DNA of 64,000 nucleotides from Octopus vulgaris. Lineage: Eukaryota. Made by a program: the position numbers and the translations under genes. A model generated the notes under the pieces. That model had not been told where the DNA came from. It searched no databases and saw only the letters and a program-made list of their open reading frames with translations. Numbering within the stretch: position 1 is the first letter of the stretch; every line of letters starts with the position of its first letter. Positions 11,876 to 23,885 of the stretch are shown here, piece by piece. The stretch lies in assembly GCA_951406725.2 (NCBI GenBank), contig OX597816.1:169570001-169634000 (forward strand). The letters are read 5' to 3'.

Positions 11876-12663
11876 ATGCACAGAGACTATTGTTGTAAAC
11901 ACTTAAATTCCTAATGTTTTCTTTCGAAAATGGAAGCAATATTAGGATTGTGAAAAACAAATCAATATGAGTATTCTGGTATTAAACGCCGCAAGAAAGT
12001 AGGATAATTTGAGTTGCTTGAATCGATATTGTTGCTTTTATGTGTTTGGCGAACACATCCCATTTCTCTTCTACAAGAAATAAAAGACAGAGGATACGAA
12101 CTGATAGAAGATATTGTTTGTCACATCTTTGTCTTGGTAGCAAGGAAATGTTGATTGATTTTTATTGGCTGCTGTTTTTGTGTAGCCTGACCACATAATC
12201 AAAGTTATCGGTCTTTTTTATGAGGGTATGGTGTAATATACAGGAAATTGTGCTACTATTTGTAGTAGAAATATTAGCACCATCTAAACGTTAGCTTTCG
12301 CGGTTGACATTCAAAACGCTTGATTGCCATTGACGTTGATGCTATTTTTGCGTATGTTGTCATAATCAAAGCTATCGTCGTCATCATCCTTGCTGTTGTT
12401 ACCGTGGTGATTTATCACTTAGTCTGTTCTTAGCCCGTAGACATATAATCAAAGGTGTCCAAGCTGAGCTACAAGTATTTCGCCCTCTTAAAAGTATGTA
12501 GGACTTTTATTTTAATATTTGACTGAGTGATATGTGGTATGAGAGAGAGACTGGATAGTATTAAGATTTCTAGTAGGATAAGTAAGCCCGTACAAGTTTC
12601 TCCTCCTAGGATAAGGTTATCGGACAGTTTATATGTATAAAGATAAATGCATAAATAGATACT

Positions 12664-12720
<57 letters not shown>

Positions 12721-12723
<3 letters not shown>

Positions 12724-13051
12724 AGTATGTGAATGAATTATCCTAGTATTGATAATTCGGTTAAACGATACCTGGGTAGCAAATTCACGTCAGAAAACAC
12801 GGTTAAAGCTACATACCAAGGGTAGAAACCCCGTGTTCTTGTGTGGTAATTTGTGTATTATTTAAAATGAATAAAAGAATGGAGTCGAACGAAGATTTTA
12901 ACACAATTCCTTTACTTTCAACACATGTTTCGAAGACTGCATATTCTTAATTCTTAATTCCGGAATTAAGAATATGCAGTCTTCGAAACATGTGTTGAAA
13001 GTAAAGGAATTGTGTAAAAATCTTCGCTCGACTCCATTCTTTTATTCATTT

Positions 13052-13056
<5 letters not shown>
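12721..13056. mobile_element. PLE-like terminus forming a near-perfect palindrome (12860-13056)
   Basis: Mirror arms around ttaattccggaattaa (12954-12969); each arm has GAAACATGT; flanked by (TA)n. Confidence 0.75.
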
Positions 13057-13124
<68 letters not shown>

Positions 13125-13126
<2 letters not shown>

Positions 13127-13499
13127 TCTTCAATTTAGCAGATCCTGTTGTCAAAGGATATTTAACAATCCTAAATTGATCAAATTTATCTTCACGTGTG
13201 CCAGTGCTTTTGCTGGGATATTTTGGGTTCCTCGGCAATCGAAGAGTACGTGGTCTCCTGAACTTCTCACTTGAGTGCATCTTCTTGGTTTTCTTGGGAT
13301 GAATACATTTCAAGACTGCTTACTTTGCTTGAATACCTTTCAAAACGGCTCTCTTTGCCTTCACAGCCTTTGACCTGGTTTTGCTAATAGCGGAAGGCGT
13401 CAATGGACACATGGTTCTCTTTTTTCTTTTCTGCTTTTTTTTTGTAGATTTAGAAGGTTTTCCTCCTTTGCTAGATGAAACTTTCTTCTTGGGAGCCAT
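13125..13499 (-). pseudogene. RPL23A: Truncated processed pseudogene of 60S ribosomal protein L23a (uL23)
   Basis: [76 protein letters not shown] matches KAKKAVLKG..FRRPKTLRL.R.PKYP..IIKFPLTTESA; in-frame stop at 13320-13322; ends at (TA)n. Confidence 0.88.
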
Positions 13500-13508
13500 C
13501 TTGGTGTA

Positions 13509-13900
13509 GGCGCAGGAGTGGCTGTGTCGTAAGTAGCTTTGCTTACCAACCACATGGCTCCGGGTTCATTCCCACTGCGTGGCACCTTGGGTAAGCGTCT
13601 TCTACTATAGCCTCGGGCCGACCAAAGCCTTGTGAGTGGATTTGGTAGACGAAAACTGAAAGAAGCTCGTCGTATATATGTATATATATATGTGTGTGTG
13701 TATGTTTGTGTGTCTGTGTTAGTCCCCCCAACATCGCTTGACAACCGATGCTGGTGTGTTTATGTCCCCGTAACTTAGCGGTTCGTCAGAAGTTACCGAT
13801 AGAATAAGTACTAGGCTTACAAAGAATAACTCCAGCTCAACTAATTGCTGTGCTCCAGCATGGCCGCATTCACATGACTGAAACAAGTAAAATAGTGAGA
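13509..13900 (+). mobile_element. tRNA-derived SINE family B, full length
   Basis: A/B-box-like head, ccttggg(c/t)aag CORE-like motif, internal (TA)n(TG)n, tail gtgctccagcatggcc..gactgaaacaagtaaaa. Confidence 0.9.
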
Positions 13901-13955
13901 GAGAAAGAATATATATATATATATATATACACACATACACCCACACGCATAAGAA

Positions 13956-14011
<56 letters not shown>

Positions 14012-14093
14012 TCTTATGCGTGTGTGTATATATATATATATATATACAATAAAAATAAATACATAAATACATATATATATATATATATACATA

Positions 14094-14281
14094 CAGGGTT
14101 TATTTATGCTTAAAAACTGAATGAATTTGAGGAAAGCATCTAGATATGAAACATCATGAAAATTGTTCAAACTGAAGTCCTTATTGAGCGACATATTTTT
14201 CCATTCGAGTCAATACAGAATTACAGATAGTGTCCATGGAATTTTTTATTTACTGTCGGGTGACTTTTGACCAAACCTGTA
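14094..14281. mobile_element. Small decayed Tc1/mariner-like remnant
   Basis: tacagggttt at the left end and aaacctgta at the right end, TA-flanked. Confidence 0.35.
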
Positions 14282-14298
14282 TATACCACTAACGTATG

Positions 14299-14350
<52 letters not shown>

Positions 14351-14380
14351 CATATATATACGCATATAGCATAAGTAGTA

Positions 14381-14430
<50 letters not shown>

Positions 14431-14432
<2 letters not shown>

Positions 14433-14528
14433 CACCTAAGTTTCCTTTTTTGTTCTCGCTCAATTTCTCATACATATATGCCGTGAGCTTGCTCACATAT
14501 TTCACAAATGTGTCTGTGCACTTGATTA
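14431..14528 (-). repeat. ~95-bp dispersed repeat, inverted copy at 18524-18618
   Basis: Shared cacatttgtgaaatatgtgagcaagctcacggcata..gagaacaaaaaggaaa; both adjoin (TA)n. Confidence 0.8.
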
Positions 14529-15178
14529 TATATATAAAATCCATGCATGAATATGTATTTACCAATATCTCCATTTGTATAACCTGTTTTGTGTATTCAT
14601 GAAATTCAATATCTTTATGCGCATATATGGATATGCATATTATTAGTATGGATTCGAATTGACATATATATATGTGTGTGTGTGTATAACCATAGATAGA
14701 TATAGCTATACACAGATATATACATATATATATGCACACACACACTCACACACACACACTCACACACACACATATATATATATATGTATGTGTTTGTGAT
14801 GGGGTGTATGTATGTATGTATATATGTACGTACGTGTACAAATGTATATATGCATATATATATAGTGTTGTGTCTTAAGAGACCTATTACGCCAATAATA
14901 ATAACAAACGCAGAAGTTCATTCAATTGGTAAATATCAGATCAACTAACAAAACGATTTTTGTTTAATGCTCTGGTTAACTGATTCTTCAGTTGTTTGTT
15001 AGTCAAAGTTCTTTCATTACTGTTTGCGACCTTCTCACTCCAACGTCTGCTCTGAGTCCCTCTGACAATTAAGTCTTATGTCTGTGTTTGCATACTTGTA
15101 TGTTTGTTTGTGTGTGTGCGTGTGTGGAAGGGTGTATGATCACATGTGTGATTACTAGTGTGTGTATGCATTCCTGTG

Positions 15179-15516
15179 AAGGCGCGTGGCTCAGTGGTTA
15201 GAGCGTCGAGCTTACGATCGTGAGGTTGTGAGCTCGAATCCCGGACCGGGCTGCGTGTTGTGTTCTTGAGCAAGACACTTTATTTCACGTAGCTCCAGTT
15301 CACTCAGCTGTAGAAATGAGTTGCGACGTCACAGGTGCCAAGCTGTATCGGCCTTGCCTTTCCCTTGGACAACATCGGTGATGTGGAGAGGGGAGGCTGG
15401 TATGCATGGGCGACTGCTGGTCTTCCATAAAACAACCTTGCCCAGACTTGTGTCTCAGAGGGTAACTCTCTAGGTGCAAACCCATGGTCAAAGTCTGACC
15501 GAAGGGGGTCACCACC
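15179..15516 (+). mobile_element. tRNA-derived SINE family C with 13-bp TSD
   Basis: tggctcagtgg A box, gctcgaatccc B box, cttgagcaagacacttt core; TSD atgcattcctgtg at 15166-15178 and 15517-15529. Confidence 0.92.
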
Positions 15517-15714
15517 ATGCATTCCTGTGTGAGTTTGTCTGCGTGCTTGTGTGATTATGTGATTGTGTACCTCTGTGTGTATGTATGCGCGCGTGTGTGT
15601 GTGTGTGCGTCTATGTCTGTGCTCGTATCTGCGCATGTCTTGTGTGTGTACGTGTGTATGCGTGGTGTGTGTTTGTGTGTGGTTGTATGTTCTTGTGTTT
15701 ATATGTCTGTTTGG

Positions 15715-16650
15715 AGCAAACACATTGGGCGAGGCAGAAAAATATCAAGGAGTGTTGTCTGTAGAGGATACGCTGCATGGAGATTTAGCCCATGGATTTA
15801 GAAACGCTCTGAAGAATACCAAACTCAGCAAGAAGTTCATTGAGAAATCATGGAGATTCATCAGATCACAATTAAGCCGTTACCCTTCGACAAGACCACA
15901 TACACAGACAGGAACTGTGTTGTATGCACCTTTAACCTTAATATTAATTGTAAGACCAAGTATGTGATCTACATCATGGGATGGAAGCACTCCGTCGGTT
16001 ACGACGACGAGGGTTCCGGTTGATCCGATCAACGGAACAGCCTGCTCGTGAAATTAACGTGTAAGTGGCTGAGCACTCCACAGACACGTGTACCCTTTAC
16101 GTAGTTCTCGGGGATATTCAGCGTGACACAGAGAGTGACAAGGACGGCCCTTTGAAATACAGGTACAACAGAAACATGAAGTAAGAGTGAGAGAAAGTTG
16201 TAGTGAAAGAGTACAGCAGGGATCACCACCATCCCTGCCGGAGTCTCGTGGAGCTTTTAGGTGTTTTCGCTCAATAAACACTCACAACGCCCGGTCTGGG
16301 AATCGAAACCGCGATCCTACGACCGCGAATCCGCTGTCCTAACCACTGGGCCATTGCGCCTCCACGATCTACATCATAAAGTGGAGGGGGATTATAAGAA
16401 CAGGAACACAACATACATTGGGGAGCCTTCTAAGAGTTTAGTGGGGAGGCCAAATGAACCATGACGGGAGTATAATGACAGGAAGCAGTCGTCTATATCT
16501 TATCTGCATCTCAGAGATCAAAATGGCGGCATGCTGGGCCGAATTACCATCCAAATTTATCTAAACACCCAAGAGGCCTGTTGTTTTGACAAATAAGCCA
16601 GAACGTCCTCATAAATGAGACATTGCTAATACTGAATAGGAAATATACAT
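15715..16650 (+). mobile_element. Decayed PLE GIY-YIG endonuclease region split by a SINE
   Basis: Removing the SINE and one TSD joins NCKTKYVIYIIK to (frameshift) TTYIGEPSKSLVGRPNEP*REY..SYLHL, the VIY..YIGE..R..E pattern. Confidence 0.7.
15978..16365 (-). mobile_element. tRNA-derived SINE, full length, 12-bp TSD
   Basis: Head tggcccagtgg..gtttcgattccc; TSD gatctacatcat at 15966-15977 and 16366-16377. Confidence 0.92.
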
Positions 16651-16824
16651 AATAGGTAGTAGAACTTCAAGACCACTATTGCCACCAACGCAATATGCAT
16701 ACATGGGTGCGTCAGAGATGGTAGGTAGGTAGGTGAGAATATATGAGGTGGTATAGAGAAGTATATAAAAAGTAGGGTTAAAATGACAGCAGAAGGTAAG
16801 TAAACCCATACAAATAAATACATG

Positions 16825-16976
16825 GGATATTTTCGGTTTGAACGGCAGTTTTTAACATAATTTCTAGGTAACTAAAAAATTTTAAATGCAGTAGATCGAT
16901 TCTAGGGTCATAATTATGGGTGACAATTTCATATGACACCGCTAGAAAAAATCTACCGTTCAAATCGAAAAGATCC
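16825..16976. mobile_element. 152-bp MITE with GG termini and 8-bp TSD (Merlin-like)
   Basis: TIRs ggatattttcggtttgaacgg / ccgttcaaatcgaaaagatcc; TSD aatacatg at 16817-16824 and 16977-16984. Confidence 0.75.
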
Positions 16977-17221
16977 AATACATGTAGATACGTACAATTC
17001 CGATACACATTCATATGTGTACGCCTAGATAGACATATGTAGACACGTACACAGAAATACACATACATAGAAGCACAAGGATACACAACCAGACATACAT
17101 CCGTACACACACACCACGCATAAATACTAGACAAACAGACATGCGCAGACACACGCGCACGCTCACAAACCTATGTAGGTAAAGGTACACGTTCACAGGA
17201 ATACATGCACATATACACATA

Positions 17222-17451
17222 AGGTGGCGTGCTGGCAGAAACGTTAGCACGCCGGGCGACCTGCGTAGCCGTATTTCGTCTGTCGTTACGTTCCGAGTTC
17301 AAATTCCGCCGAGGTTGACTTTGCCTTTCATCCTTTCGGGGTCGATAAATAAAGTACCAGTTATGCACTGGGGTCGATATAATCGACTTAATCCGTTTGT
17401 CTGTCCTTGTTTGTCCCCTCTATGTTTAGCCCCTTGTGGGTAGTAAAGAAA
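17222..17451 (+). mobile_element. SINE family A monomer
   Basis: Matches array unit plus head; flanking atatacacata repeat. Confidence 0.9.
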
Positions 17452-17898
17452 TATATACACATACAAGAATGCAAACAACCAAGCATACACAAAAGCCGGC
17501 TGATACGCACGCTCACATGCTTGAATACACTCAAATAAGAAAACACTCACGCATTCACACAGTGATACACACGCGTGCGCACACATGCAAACATGCAAAC
17601 TCACAGAACCGACTCGGCTACACGAACAGACACACTAGACAACACACTAGTGCGCCTGCGCACACACACGCGCACGCAGATGCTCAGACACACACTCACC
17701 TACCCTATCCTCCTTTCATCCCCTCCTCATATAAAAAAAAAAAAAACTACTCTCTGAACCCATAAGTCTTCAACAAATACGAGATTGAGCAAAAACAAAA
17801 AAAGACAAGAGGCCGAACCCTTAAAAGGGTCACGGATAGCTTGTGCATGCACAAACACATGCACACGCACACACACACACACACACACAAACACACAC

Positions 17899-18210
<312 letters not shown>

Positions 18211-18472
18211 ATAGATACATACATATATACATATATATGTTTGCATACATACGTATATACATACACACATGCATGCACATGCATTCATGTCTTTATATAT
18301 ACAAATCCATACAACTATAATAATGCATGTGCATATAATTATATATAATTATATACACATGCATATATGCGCATAAATATATTGATAAACGTTTTCTGAA
18401 ATTTGTGAATATACAAAACAGATTATACAAATGTAGGTATTGATAAATACATATTTATACATGGATTTATAC

Positions 18473-18526
<54 letters not shown>

Positions 18527-18808
18527 CAAGACAGGCACATTTGTGAAATATGTGAGCAAGCTCACGGCATAGATGTATGAGAAATTGAGCGAGAACAAAA
18601 AGGAAAAACAAGTGTGTAACAGTCTCAGCTTATGAATTATAGGTACATATACATCGAGGGTGGTGGGGGGAGAGAAGCTAATAATGAAGGTAGCATTCAG
18701 TGTATATGATAAAAAAGTATGATAGAAAGACTGTGTTGAGTTGTTAGGTGTAAGAATGAGGGTTCGCGTTTGGTGTTTACTAATGGGGTATCATTAATAA
18801 ACTTTGTA

Positions 18809-19020
18809 AGGCGGAGAGCCGTCAGAATCGTTAGTGCGCCGGCCGAATCGCATAGCTGCGTTTCTTCCGATTCTGCATTCTGAGTTCAAATTTCGCCGAG
18901 GTTGACTTTGTCTTTCATTCTTTAGGATTCGATAAAACAAGTAGCAGCTGTGAACTTGGGGCGAACGAATAGATATTCTCTATCCCATAAAATTGCTGGC
19001 TTTGCGCCAGAGCTTGAAAC
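18809..19020 (+). mobile_element. Old SINE A-related copy with alternative tail (also 47482-47695, 56500-56645)
   Basis: Head and gagttcaaat..gccgaggt.gactttg core conserved; 3' end differs from young copies. Confidence 0.7.
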
Positions 19021-20393
19021 TATTATTAATAACGTTCAGAGGATACATCAGTATTCATGTTTCGTGTCACACTGATTGCCGGTCTTAGGAATGTTCATAT
19101 AGAAGGACATGGAGCGCTGGGCATCGCAATCCTGTTAGCTTGAGCTATGTCATTCTTCTTAATCACGATCAACACACTATCCCGAAGATTGTGGTTTACT
19201 GTAATTACTCTTAATTAAGGAATTGTCCTTTCATCATTATGGGCGATTACGTTAAAGAAATTGTCATGAGTAAATTAAATAATCAAAACAATAAATGAAG
19301 AAGAGTCATTGAGTTGGATACTATTTGGAAATATTGGACGAAATATTGTCAAACGTATCACCATTAGTTTGTGCTACACGACTTCAAGCCAACATACTTT
19401 GGAACAAATGTAGTGCTTTTCAAATGCAAATGGTGTGTCATCTTCTCTCAGTGTTATCTATCATTGCCTGTACATAAGTGTTCTATAATGGAAATATTTA
19501 AAGAACGAAAATATTCGATGAAGGGAAGTATTCACGTTTGTGATGATGTCATTCATAGCTATAATTGATGACAGTAAATTGACGGCGTCCATTTTTGTCA
19601 ATCATTGTAATAGCATTTAAGTTTCGTTTAAAAAAATTATATTCTAATAATGTTTTCAAATATATTATTAACTTACAAGGTGTCTTGAAGCAAAAACAAG
19701 AACTACATATTTCGTCAAACCAGATAATTTTTGAAAAGCAATTGAATACTGCACATATACGATTTGTTTCCCTCCAAATGGCGTTTTTCAAACAGTTAAT
19801 TGCATTTAAGAATTGTATATTCGCACGCACACGCACATACACTCACAATCCCACACACACACATTGTGATTGGAGGAGAAAAGAAGAGATAAATCAATAA
19901 AAGTTGGAAGACAGATAAAGCTATTCTTTTAAAGAGAATAGTTTTACATTATTTTTTATGAGAAATCATTTAGCAAAGTGATTATTGTCATTTTGAAAAA
20001 GGAACGATATTTGTTTTGGTAGAGGCGGTAGGTTTACCTACATCAAGATTTAGGGTTTCAGTATTTTAAAATATTTCGTCAATATTAAGAGATACACAGT
20101 CTAGAAAACAAACAACTGCTCTATGAAATACTGTCCTTCTTTAAATACTTTCATTATTAAATACTTATGTAATGATATATATACTGATAGTGTTAGATTT
20201 TTTGTGATAATGTGAGATCATTAGCTGTAACAATGTACCACATAAACACAACGACTGGACAATTAGGTCTTATAAATGTATAAATAATTAAATGTATATA
20301 TATATATAAGGATGAAAAGAGACACACGAGTTAATATATATGAAAAAACAAGTCAAGGTAGAAAATGCTAAAATAATTTTATAAAGAACATTT

Positions 20394-20430
20394 CAGTACC
20401 GGTTTCGGTCATTTGAGACCTTTTCAACTG
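20394..20430 (-). ncRNA. Minimal hammerhead motif with U3-A8 core
   Basis: Minus strand cag-TTGAAAA-GGTC tcaaat GACC-GAAAC cg GTA-ctg, in a ~230-bp insert between (TA)n tracts. Confidence 0.7.
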
Positions 20431-20536
20431 TAACAATTAAAAAATTAGATTTAGAAAAATTAAAAGAAAAGTTTTTTTAAAAGAATATTTGTATAGTGTT
20501 CAAATATAAGTTTCATTTTCCTTGTTTCTGCCTGTC

Positions 20537-20616
<80 letters not shown>

Positions 20617-20639
20617 GGAGAGAGAAGGAGAGAGAGAGG

Positions 20640-21493
20640 TGCGTTAAATTAGAGGTTATAACAACCGTCTAAGGGATACTTGTATCCAGGGAATTAGCTG
20701 GTGTCTTACCTATATGATATGGGATTATGAGTACTAATATTAATTTTCATAAATGTAAGGCAAGGAAGAGAATAAACCAAAGTTCATGTATACTTAAGGA
20801 AAATATGAACATGGAGATAAAATTGATAATTGATAAACATCAAATATCATTTATTGATTATAGAAAAAGACAATATCTCATCTGACAGCTGTTTCTGTTG
20901 GCGCTATTTGTGGTATTATCAGACTTAATTATTCCAATAATTATAATTATAATAATTATCATTGTATATATTTAGTTATACCAACTTAAATAGTGGAACT
21001 TTATCAGAGAGGCAAAGTAAAGAGGAAGAAAAGAAAAAGAAGAGAAAAAGAGAAGGTAAGGATATACCAACTAATGTTACATGCTATTCCTCAGGAACCT
21101 TACGACCGATTTAAAAATTTAGCAATAGAATTCTATTACTAAATTCTATTAGTAAATTCTATTACTAAATAAAAAAAATTACTAAAATTTTAAGTCTGTC
21201 ACAAGACTTCCAGAGGGATAGCATATAACATCAACTGGTATATCCTTACTTTCTCTTTTTCTCTTACATTTTCTTTAGTTTTCCGTTCTGATGAAGTTCC
21301 ACTATTTAAGTTGGTATAATTAATTATTTATAATGATAATAATAATTATTATTGTAATAATTAAGCTTGATATTGCCATAAATAGCGCCAACAGAAACAG
21401 CTGTCAGATGAGATATTGCCTTTTTTATAATCAATAAATGATAATTCATGTTTATCAATTATCAGCTTCTTTCCATTTTCTTATTTTCCTTAA
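20640..21493. mobile_element. Inverted pair of PLE termini (arms ~20794-21125 and ~21180-21493), each with an HHR
   Basis: Plus HHR: CTGATGA 21288-21294 to GAAAC agct GTC 21394-21405. Minus copy 20881-21010 has CTGATAA. AATAAA follows each. Confidence 0.8.
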
Positions 21494-22277
21494 ACACACA
21501 CACACTCACACACACACACACACACACACACACGCATATGGAGCGTTCTAATATTTTTATTCTTTGAGAAGAAGAGATCGATATAGTCTGAAGGAGGGAA
21601 AATGCGCTTGTAATAAAAAAGAAAAAGAAAAAAATGATTAATATGTAGCTAAAAGGTAGTATTAGAGTGTCTAAATAAACTAATATATGTTAAGTCTAAA
21701 ATATGTAAATATTTTTCAATATTTTGTGATTCTGTTGGTAGATTCTTTTCGAATTTCATTTGGAAATATGTTTTCATTTTAGGTTAGACTATCTGAATAG
21801 CCTGTCGTTGCCGGGCAATGTTTACAATAAAATGTCTTACATAAATTTTTGTTTATTCCCTGTCAAACCATACCATCCCTGACGGATAAGCCTGTTGATC
21901 AGGACGGATTTGTGCAATCTTTCGCAAGAGTTTTTGTTGAGGATTTTTTTCCTTTTCAAATTATTTAAATGTCTGTTCGACTGTTTCACATGACTTTGTT
22001 CACTAAAACTTATTAAAACTTTAGAAGTGCTTACAACGTTAATCGTTGTAATGCTTTGCTTTCTTTTGTTTAATAAAACTTCCCCTGTAATGATTTTGCT
22101 TTCCTTTTGTGATAGATAGCTTTCATGCAGAAAATACCAGTTCCCAAATCCTGTTTTCTAATTAGGTAAAATTGATTAAACTTTAAATCCCAATAACATT
22201 TTTCTGCAGTTTTTCTGGAACAAGTAAATAACATAATCGGATTTAACGTGGAAAGTTATTTCAATATACCAAATTTG

Positions 22278-22376
<99 letters not shown>

Positions 22377-22449
22377 ACGTACACACAGGTAATCACGAGT
22401 TTAAAATACTGTATACACACAGATGTATGTATTTCTTTTCTATATTTTA

Positions 22450-22895
22450 ATTATTATAAATCTTCCACTGAAGAGGGAACCGATTTCCAACAAAAATACA
22501 AGGCTTCATCGTTGTGTTGTAGTTAACACAGACAAATTCACATTTGGGACTTGAGAAAAGTTTAGCATATTTCTACTGTTCCACTCACAGATTGCACTGA
22601 AAATCGCAGTTTATCCAGATTCTCCTTTAAGCATTTACTAACAAAACCTAGTGCTCCAATTTTAATTGGTGTGAATATGAATTCATACTCTGATAATAGA
22701 AGTTGGAGGTTTCGAAGCAGTTGTCTATAGATATTCTCCTTTACTTTGATTTTCAAAGAGATATTTATATCTGCAAGGCAGCTGACCTCTCTGATGTAAT
22801 CTACCTTTGCCCCCTGTCTCAAACAATATCCGGCCTGTTATGTTTACATTTGACAGACATTTTGATAGGAATATTCCACCAGTGTTCTTTGAGTT
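22450..22895 (-). mobile_element. 3' fragment of R4/Dong-like non-LTR element (restriction-like endonuclease)
   Basis: WWNIPIK..KHNRPDIV, EVSCLADINISLKIKVKENIYRQL, PIKIGALG. Confidence 0.75.
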
Positions 22896-23885
22896 GAGGT
22901 ATGTATGTGTGTATCTGTATGTGAGTGTTTCGTTGTAGTGGACAGCAGAAAATCAACCTAACCCCTCTCTCCTTAAAGCTACGTATTCCTCACACCCACC
23001 TTTCTTTCCCTTCCTCGGCGTTTTAAAAGTTAGTTATGTGTGTTGTATGTGTAGTGTGTGTGTGTATGCATGTATCTATGTATTTACGAAAGTATGTATG
23101 CAGCGTCGCGTGTATATCCATGAATGACAGCTATATTAACGTTTTCATCCCACTGCCACTCCGTATTTGTCGTTTACACAACGCTGTTCTCCCCTTCCTT
23201 GATATTATCCATTCTCACTATGCTACCACATTTCCTTTATACTAACACTCTTTGCACCCTTCTCATGTTATCAAATGATAGCCGAATCCGCCAAGGGGGT
23301 TCATTATGGATTTTTACTGAAATCCAATAATCTTATAAATGAACTGGATGTTAGTTTAACATGTATGCAACGTTTCGTCAAGATTGGTTTACTCGTCTAG
23401 GCAGCAAGATAATAACAGACAGATCGACAGACAGAAATTGCCATTTATGTAGAACATGAATTTCAAAACCTTCTGTTCTATCTCAATTTCAAGGTTATTT
23501 GTAGTCCATGTAAGATTTTTTGCTTAAGAGACCGCCCCATTTTATATTACATGGTTTTTCTTTAGGTTTCAAATGAACCCTGAACCGAAGAGATTTTAAT
23601 TCTTTGATTCAAAATGTATGAAGCTGTAGGTTGAATCAGAGTTTAAATGGATCTTAACTAAGTCTGGTGTATGTTTTAATTAGTATATTACTTGCATAGT
23701 GCACCGGTAAACTATATCATTAAGTACGTAGTTAAAATTTAAAACAAACAGGATTTATTCACACAATTTCAGTTATTGTTACTTGGACTTCACTTTGAGT
23801 CAGAAAGGATGAAGCAAGCGAGGGATACGATTAGGTGTGGTGGAATAATCCATTTTGAAACTTTTATTAAAGATTTTATTACACT

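Noticed and set aside
15179-15255. tRNA gene (also 16290-16365 and other SINE heads)
   Set aside because: Each continues into a SINE body, several with TSDs, and lacks a proper acceptor stem.
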